DNA of 62,606 nucleotides from Acidobacteriota bacterium. GTDB taxonomy: Bacteria; Acidobacteriota; Vicinamibacteria; Fen-336. A program made the position numbers and the translations under genes. Positions 56,830-62,606 of the stretch are shown here, piece by piece. Position 1 is the first letter of the stretch; each line of letters starts with the position of its first letter. Under the pieces are notes generated by a model, which was not told the DNA's origin, did not search any database, and worked only from the letters and a program-made list of their open reading frames with translations. The stretch covers positions 1 through 62,606 of the forward strand of contig QHVJ01000149.1 in NCBI GenBank assembly GCA_003222275.1, written 5' to 3'.

Positions 56830-58287
56830 ATGGCTCCATCGGCGGGCCGTTCGCTCCGGCCGCCCTCGGCAACGCTGGGCGTGACGCAGGGCCTCATCCT
56901 GGTCGTCGACGACGACGAGAGCATTCGCCGGTTCCTGGCCACGCTCCTCACGTCGCTCGGACACGAGGTGGCCTGCGCGGACTCCGGCGAGCAGGCGCTC
57001 CGCCGCCTGGAGGAGTCGCCGCGGCCGGGGCTGGTGCTCCTCGACCTCATCCTGCCCGGCATCGGCGGCCTCGAGGTTCTCGACCGCATCCGCGAGTCGC
57101 AGCCCTCGCTGCCGGTAATCGTGCTCTCCACCGTGGGACGGTTGAAGACGGTGGTGGACGCGGTCAAGCGCGGGGCCTCCGACTACCTGACCAAGCCATT
57201 CGGGGAGCAGGAGCTCGAGCTGGCCATACGGAACGCCTTCGAGAAGCAGTTGCTGCAGGACGAGGTCAGGACCCTCCGGCGGCGCCTGGCCACGGGGGGG
57301 GCGGCGGAGGAGCCCGTCTCCAGCAGCGACGCCATGCTGCACATCCGCGAGGTGGCGCGCCAGGTCGCGGACACCGACGCGCCGGTGCTGATCACGGGCG
57401 AATCCGGCGTGGGCAAGGAAGTGCTCGCGCGCTTCATCCACGCCCAGTCGGGGCGCCACGACGGGCCATTCGTGAAGGTGAACTGCGCGGCGCTCCCGCA
57501 GGAGCTCCTCGAGTCGGAGCTGTTCGGCTACGAGCGCGGCGCCTTCTCGGGCGCGCAGCGCGACAAGCCGGGCAAGTTCGAGCTGGCTCATCACGGCTCG
57601 ATCCTGCTCGACGAGATCGGCGAGATGAGCCCTCACCTCCAGGCGAAGCTCCTGCACGTGCTCCAGGACGGCGAGTACAGCCGGCTCGGCGCGCGGCGCC
57701 CGGTCAGCGTCGACGCGCGGGTGCTGGCGACGACCAACGCGCGCCTGACCGAAGCCGTCGCCGATGGACGCTTTCGCGAAGACCTCTACTTCCGCCTCGA
57801 CGTGATACGCATCGAGGTCCCGCCGCTGCGCGAGCGGCGGGCGGACATCCCGCTGCTCTGCGAGCATTTCCTCCGGCTCTACGCGGACAAGTACAAGAGC
57901 GCGGTGCGCGCGCTGCCGCCCGACGTGCTCGAGGCCTTCCTCGCCTACGACTGGCCCGGCAACGTGCGCGAGCTGGAAAACGCCGTGCGCCGCTACCTGA
58001 TCCTGCCGAGCCTGAAGGGATCGCTGCCCACGCGGCCGGAGCCGGCCGGCGCGCGCGCCGGTCCCGGCCCGCCGACGGCGTCCGCCGGCGGCGGCGCCTT
58101 CGCCGGCGCGTCCCTGCGGGCGGTGTCGGCCCGCGCGGCCGAAGAGGCCGAGCGCCAGCTCGTGCAGCGGATCCTCGAGGATACGCGCTGGAACCGGCGG
58201 GAAGCCTCGCGCCGGCTCAAAATCTCCTACAAGGCGCTCCTCAACAAGCTCAAGAAATGGGAGTCCGCGCCGGCGGGGAAAGAGTAG
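56830..58287 (+). CDS. NtrC-family sigma-54 enhancer-binding response regulator
   Basis: ILVVDDD, LVLLDLILP, ITGESGVGKE, ESELFGYERGAFSGA, LLDEIGEM, FREDLYFRL, WPGNVREL; Fis HTH. Start at 56830 or GTG 56881. Confidence 0.95.
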   Translation: MAPSAGRSLRPPSATLGVTQGLILVVDDDESIRRFLATLLTSLGHEVACADSGEQALRRLEESPRPGLVLLDLILPGIGGLEVLDRIRESQPSLPVIVLSTVGRLKTVVDAVKRGASDYLTKPFGEQELELAIRNAFEKQLLQDEVRTLRRRLATGGAAEEPVSSSDAMLHIREVARQVADTDAPVLITGESGVGKEVLARFIHAQSGRHDGPFVKVNCAALPQELLESELFGYERGAFSGAQRDKPGKFELAHHGSILLDEIGEMSPHLQAKLLHVLQDGEYSRLGARRPVSVDARVLATTNARLTEAVADGRFREDLYFRLDVIRIEVPPLRERRADIPLLCEHFLRLYADKYKSAVRALPPDVLEAFLAYDWPGNVRELENAVRRYLILPSLKGSLPTRPEPAGARAGPGPPTASAGGGAFAGASLRAVSARAAEEAERQLVQRILEDTRWNRREASRRLKISYKALLNKLKKWESAPAGKE

Positions 58288-58357
58288 CCGGCGGGCAAAC
58301 CTGGGTCGCCGCGTACCACTATTGGGTAGTCGGCGACCCTCCCCGCCGGCGCGGACT
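58262..58357 (+). terminator. Large nested inverted repeat across the ntrC stop codon
   Basis: Perfect 18-bp arms 58262-58279/58340-58357; inner 9-bp arms 58303-58311/58331-58339. Confidence 0.5.
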
Positions 58358-58446
58358 TCTCACCCTTCCCTCCCGCCCAGCGGCGTCGAGGCCGCCCGGC
58401 CCCCTATGCATATGCGTAACCGCTTCGCAGGAAAGCGCCTCCTGAC

Positions 58447-58463
58447 CCGGCGCGTCTCTTGCT
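58447..58463 (+). promoter_or_regulatory. Sigma-54 (-24/-12) promoter candidate
   Basis: CCGGCGCGTCTCTTGCT: GG 58449-58450, N10, GC 58461-58462, TTGCT; about 50 bp before a GGAGG-ATG. Confidence 0.55.
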
Positions 58464-58511
58464 TGCAAGCTGCTCCGGAGGCGAACCGCGCAAGCGGTGA
58501 GGAGGGGTTGC

Positions 58512-59432
58512 ATGCAACGGGTCTTCCTGCGGTCGATCCTGGCGGCGAGCGCGCTCCTTGCGCTTGGAAGTGCGACTCTTGCCTTTGCCCAACTCCCCAT
58601 CCCCACGCCGACACCTCCCCCGATAACGTTGCCGACGCCACCTCCCCCGCCGCTGCTCCCGGATCCCGTTCCGGTCACGCTGTCGATTTCCGGCAACGAA
58701 GCCGTGGGGTCGTTCGACATCGGAGGCATCGGCGCGGACCTGAGGATCGCCTTCGAGCACGTCGTGGGGCTGACTTCCTCGGCCCTCGACGTCACGGCGA
58801 CGATCGTGAACCCGGTGGACCCGGCCCTGCTCGGCCGCCTTCCCGGGGTCGGCCTCGTCGGCATCCCGGTCGGCTATCCCGTGGTGGTCCGGATCAGCCC
58901 CAGCGCCTCCAGCGCCCTCAGCTTCGCGGGCGTGTACCACGTCTCGTTCCATACGCACAATCTTCAGCTCGACCCGAACGTGCCGTTCTCCCTCTTCAAG
59001 TCGTCGGACGGCGGGCCCTTCAAGGACATCACGAAGTCCGAAGGCCGGGGCAGCTACCGCGACGACGGAAGCGGCGGCGACTTCTCGGAGTTCCTCATCG
59101 CGATCGATCTCCGGCCCATAGACTCCGTCATAGTCGGCAAGTTCGACGACGTGCAGTCGCTGCTCAACAACAGCGCGGATACCATATCGCCTGACGTCCT
59201 GACGGTGCTTCAGGCGCATCTGTCATCGGCACGCACCCTCTACCAGTCGGGCGCGATCCGGGAGGCCATCGCCGCGATGACCTTCTTCTCCCGCTACGTG
59301 AAGGTTCACGGCGGAGAGGACATCCCCGACGTGTGGCGAGCCAACTGCTCGCCGCTCATCAACGTCGCGGGCCTGCTGCGATCCGGCGCGGAAACCCTGA
59401 GGTTCAGTCTCGATCGGAAACTGAGCCACTGA
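58512..59432 (+). CDS. Secreted protein (DUF6689-like from memory) with Pro-rich linker and helical C-terminal domain
   Basis: GGAGG RBS; signal peptide ending TLAFAQ; PIPTPTPPP linker; HTHNL...LFKS..GGPFKDIT...FSEFLI motifs. Family assignment recalled, not searched. Confidence 0.6.
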   Translation: MQRVFLRSILAASALLALGSATLAFAQLPIPTPTPPPITLPTPPPPPLLPDPVPVTLSISGNEAVGSFDIGGIGADLRIAFEHVVGLTSSALDVTATIVNPVDPALLGRLPGVGLVGIPVGYPVVVRISPSASSALSFAGVYHVSFHTHNLQLDPNVPFSLFKSSDGGPFKDITKSEGRGSYRDDGSGGDFSEFLIAIDLRPIDSVIVGKFDDVQSLLNNSADTISPDVLTVLQAHLSSARTLYQSGAIREAIAAMTFFSRYVKVHGGEDIPDVWRANCSPLINVAGLLRSGAETLRFSLDRKLSH

Positions 59433-59448
59433 GTCCCCGAGGAGCACG

Positions 59449-60351
59449 ATGCCCGCCAAACTGACCCTGTTTCCCCCGCAACGCGCCGCACGTTTCCTCA
59501 TCATCCGCGACGGCGAGCGCCTCGTCGTGGGGCGCGACCCCGGCTGCGAGCTGGTCATCGAAGACCCGCGTGTCTCCAAGCGCCACGCGCAGCTGCGCTG
59601 GAGCGGAGGCGGCTGGACGATCGAGGACCTGGGCAGCAAGAACGGCACCGCCGTCAACGGGCAGCCCGTGCAGGGCGCCGAGCTGCGCGACGGCGATGCG
59701 ATCAGCTTCGGCGGCCTGCCGGGGCGCTTCGAGCGGCTCTCGGCCGCCGAGGCCGCCACGGTCGAGGCGGAGCGCCTGGCGCGGATCGAGACATCGGCCA
59801 GGATACGTCGCCGGCTACGGGCGGAGCCGGAGCCCGCGGACCTGCTGTTGCGCTTCCTGGAAGCGGCCATGGAGCTGACCCGGACCGACCGGGGTTTCGT
59901 GATCCTGATCTCCCCCGGTGGAAAGCTGAGGGCCGAGGTCGCCTCGGGCCTGTCTCCGGAGGCGGTGCGCGACGAGCGGTTCCGGGGGAGCGTGGGGGCG
60001 GTGCGCCAGGCCGTGGAGAGCCGGGGTCCCATCGTCCTCTCCGACGTGAGGGCCGATCCCCGCCTCGGAAAGCGGCCGAGCGTCGTATCGCTCGGCATCG
60101 CCGCCCTGGCCTGCGTCCCCATCCGCCACGAAGGCAAGGTCCTCGGCGTGATCTACGTCGACAGCCGGAAGCTCGGCCCCGCGCTCACGGAGCTGGAGCT
60201 GCAGACCCTGGAGAGCATGGCCGATCAGATGGGCGCGATCCTCGCCGGGTCGATGTCCGAGAAGCTGAGCCGGCCCTACCCGGCGCCACTCGACCAACTG
60301 GTCGCCCAGCTGCAGGAGCGCATCGAGGAGCTGCTGCTGCCGGCCCCATGA
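59449..60351 (+). CDS. FHA + GAF domain protein
   Basis: VGRDPGC, VSKRHA and DLGSKNGT (FHA); LACVPI..EGKVLGVIYVDS (GAF). Confidence 0.92.
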   Translation: MPAKLTLFPPQRAARFLIIRDGERLVVGRDPGCELVIEDPRVSKRHAQLRWSGGGWTIEDLGSKNGTAVNGQPVQGAELRDGDAISFGGLPGRFERLSAAEAATVEAERLARIETSARIRRRLRAEPEPADLLLRFLEAAMELTRTDRGFVILISPGGKLRAEVASGLSPEAVRDERFRGSVGAVRQAVESRGPIVLSDVRADPRLGKRPSVVSLGIAALACVPIRHEGKVLGVIYVDSRKLGPALTELELQTLESMADQMGAILAGSMSEKLSRPYPAPLDQLVAQLQERIEELLLPAP

Positions 60352-62606
60352 ACATGCGACTGGTGAAGGACGGCTGGCGCCCGCCGCGTCCGGCTCCCCC
60401 GGACACTTCGACGAGCGCCGACCTCGAGCACCGTCTCGTCCCCGGCAAGCTCGTCGCGGAGCGCTACCGGATCGTGGGCCAGATCGGCCTCGGCGGGATG
60501 GGTGTCGTCTACAAGGCCCACGACGAGGAGCTCGGCGTGGACGTCGCCTTGAAGGTCCTGCGGCCGGACCTGGGAACGGATCCCGAGTGGATCGCGCGCT
60601 TCCGGCGAGAGCTGGTGCTCGCCCGCGAGATCACACACAAGAATGTCGTGCGCATCCACGACATCGGAGAGAGCGAGGGGCTGCGCTTCCTGACCATGCG
60701 CCTCGTCGAGGGGCGATCGCTCCTGGACCTGCTCGAAAAGGACGGACCGCTGCCGGTCGAGCGCGCGCTGCCCATCTTCCGCCAGGTCGCGGAGGCGGTG
60801 CAGCAGGCCCACGACGTGGGCATCATCCACCGCGACCTGAAGCCGGGGAACGTGCTGCTCTCCCCCGACGACACCGCGTACATCACCGACTTCGGCGTCG
60901 CGCGCTCGCTGGACAACGACCGCATGACGCGCGCGGGCGCGGTCGTGGGAACGCTCGACTACCTGTCGCCCGAGCAGGTCGCCGGAGATCCCGCCGACGC
61001 CCGCAGCGACATCTATGGGCTCGGGCTCCTGCTCTTCGAGATGCTGACCGGTGAGCTGCCGTTCCGCAGCGCTTCGCGAGCGGAGACCCTGGCCCAGCGC
61101 ATCGCCGGCCGCGCCCGCGACATCGCCGACACCGGCGTCTCCGTGCCCGCCCAGGTCCGGCGACTCATCCGCCGCTGCCTCGAACGCTCCCCCGCGCGCC
61201 GCTATGCCGGCGTCCGGGATCTGCTCGCCGACCTGGACGGCCGGCGCGCCGGCGTCGTCGACCGCATTCCGCGCGCGGCGTGGGCGATCCTGGCCTTCCT
61301 CTTCATCGGCGCCGGAGCGGGGATGGCCTACCGGCAACGGGCCGTCGGTCCGGTCGCCGTCCCGGCCGCCACCGCGGCCGCGGCGCCGACGGGCGTGGCC
61401 GTGCTGCCCCTCGTCGACGAGACCGGCGATGCATCCCTGGCCTGGACGGGCACGGGTGTCGCCGAGATGCTCGCGGGCCACCTCGCCGAGACGCCCGAGC
61501 TGCGCGTGGTCGACTCGTCGCGCGTCCTCGCCATGCTGCGCGACCTCAAGCTCGGCGGCCCCCCCACCGACGACACGACGCTGCGCCGCCTGGCCGAGCT
61601 GTTCGACGTGCGGCGCCTGGTCACCGGCACCGTGCGCCGCGCGGGCTCGACGCTGAGGGTGGACCTGCGTGTGCTGTCCGTCGGCAGCGGCGGCGCGCTC
61701 GAGGCGCGCGCGATGGCTGGCGAGACGCCGACCGCCGGGGGGCTCTTCCGACTGGTGAGCGATCTCGGCGAGCGGCTCCATGCCGAGCTGGGCGCGCCGA
61801 CGACCGCGAGCGCGCTGGCCCCGGAGCCCCAGACCGACTCTCTCGCGGCGGCGAGCGCCTACCGCCAGGGCCGCGAGCGCCTCCTGGTGGGAAACGCGGT
61901 CGAGGCCGCGCCCGCCTTCGAGCGCGCGGTCAAGGAGGACCCACGCTTCGCATCCGCGCTCCTCGGCCTCGGCGAGGCGTATCAGGCGCTCGGGTACCAC
62001 GCCAAGGCCGTAGCCGCGGCGGAGAAGGCGGCCGACTCGCTGGGCTCGTCCCAGACCCGCCTCGCCTGGCGCGTGCGCGCCCGGCTGGCCCTCCTTCGCG
62101 GCGACCCCGCCGAGTCGGAAAAAGTCTACGCCGAGCTGGTGCAGAGATACCCCAACGACGCCGAGGCGCTCTTCGACCTCGCCTCCGCCCAGGCGAGCCA
62201 GGGCGCCGCCAAGAGGGCGGTCGCCACGCTCGAGCGCCTCACCGCGCTGGACAAGGGCGACGCCCGCGCGTGGTACCTGCTCGGGAAGAGCATGATCCAG
62301 GCGGGCGATGCGCGCCGGGCGGTGACCGACCCGCTCGTGCGCGCCCTGGCCCTCATGACCCAGACCGGCAACGAGCAGGGCCAGGGCGACGTCCTCCACG
62401 CGATGGGTGTCGCGCACCAGCGGCTCGGCGAGTACCCGCAGGCCATCGCGAAGTACGGGGATGCGGCCGCGATCCGGCAGACGATCGGCGACAAGCGCGG
62501 CACGGCCGTGAGCCTGAAGAACCGCGCGAGCGTCCAGATCGCGATGGGACAGTTCGCCGAGGCCGAGCCCGACCTGCGCCGTGCGCGCGACGTGTACGCG
62601 AAGATC
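60348..62606 (+). CDS. Membrane Ser/Thr protein kinase with TolB-N/FlgO-like domain and TPRs, 3'-truncated (absent from the ORF track)
   Basis: IGLGGMGVVY, VALKVL, HRDLKPGN, TDFGVAR, GTLDYLSPEQ; TM AAWAILAFLFIGAGAGMAY; VAVLPL domain; TPRs; ATGA overlap; frame runs off the window end. Confidence 0.93.
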   Translation, partial: MNMRLVKDGWRPPRPAPPDTSTSADLEHRLVPGKLVAERYRIVGQIGLGGMGVVYKAHDEELGVDVALKVLRPDLGTDPEWIARFRRELVLAREITHKNVVRIHDIGESEGLRFLTMRLVEGRSLLDLLEKDGPLPVERALPIFRQVAEAVQQAHDVGIIHRDLKPGNVLLSPDDTAYITDFGVARSLDNDRMTRAGAVVGTLDYLSPEQVAGDPADARSDIYGLGLLLFEMLTGELPFRSASRAETLAQRIAGRARDIADTGVSVPAQVRRLIRRCLERSPARRYAGVRDLLADLDGRRAGVVDRIPRAAWAILAFLFIGAGAGMAYRQRAVGPVAVPAATAAAAPTGVAVLPLVDETGDASLAWTGTGVAEMLAGHLAETPELRVVDSSRVLAMLRDLKLGGPPTDDTTLRRLAELFDVRRLVTGTVRRAGSTLRVDLRVLSVGSGGALEARAMAGETPTAGGLFRLVSDLGERLHAELGAPTTASALAPEPQTDSLAAASAYRQGRERLLVGNAVEAAPAFERAVKEDPRFASALLGLGEAYQALGYHAKAVAAAEKAADSLGSSQTRLAWRVRARLALLRGDPAESEKVYAELVQRYPNDAEALFDLASAQASQGAAKRAVATLERLTALDKGDARAWYLLGKSMIQAGDARRAVTDPLVRALALMTQTGNEQGQGDVLHAMGVAHQRLGEYPQAIAKYGDAAAIRQTIGDKRGTAVSLKNRASVQIAMGQFAEAEPDLRRARDVYAKI

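Noticed and set aside
56130-58445. 771-aa plus-strand ORF spanning the regulators
   Set aside because: Alternative-frame artefact overlapping the well-supported NarL and NtrC genes.
60276-62417. 713-aa minus-strand ORF at the window end
   Set aside because: Shadow of the plus-strand Ser/Thr kinase, which the track missed because it lacks a stop in the window.

Overview
GC-rich bacterial DNA; the gene content suggests Acidobacteriota or a similar diderm soil lineage (inference only). The window is dominated by a minus-strand run from about 56.8 kb down to 4.1 kb, most of it one translationally coupled Wzx/Wzy exopolysaccharide locus of the exosortase-A-associated type. The locus is led by a NusG paralog and includes an outer-membrane barrel, chain-length protein, tyrosine kinase, priming transferase, short OPX, Wzy, Wzx and four cytoplasmic glycosyltransferases. 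Its tailoring content is unusually rich: three AsnB amidotransferases; an AsnB-ACP-adenylation enzyme-NadE-like-acyl-CoA dehydrogenase-GNAT cassette; a formyltransferase-deacetylase fusion; a roughly 970-aa PRTase-like/kinase-like/HAD fusion; and a polyprenyl-phosphoribose synthase + HAD + GT-C module with no DprE1/E2. Downstream are two beta-propeller proteins and two tandemly duplicated Ig-repeat surface proteins (10 and 3 repeats) with a visible duplication scar. The flanks carry a NarL-type two-component pair, two orphan NarL regulators, an NtrC-type activator, two good sigma-54 promoter matches, and a secreted protein-FHA/GAF-Ser/Thr kinase-TPR operon. I found no rRNA, tRNA, CRISPR array, mobile element or exosortase. 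Many start codons were reassigned by eye from the ORF track using stop/start overlaps and RBS. All family calls come from motif recognition, not database searches.
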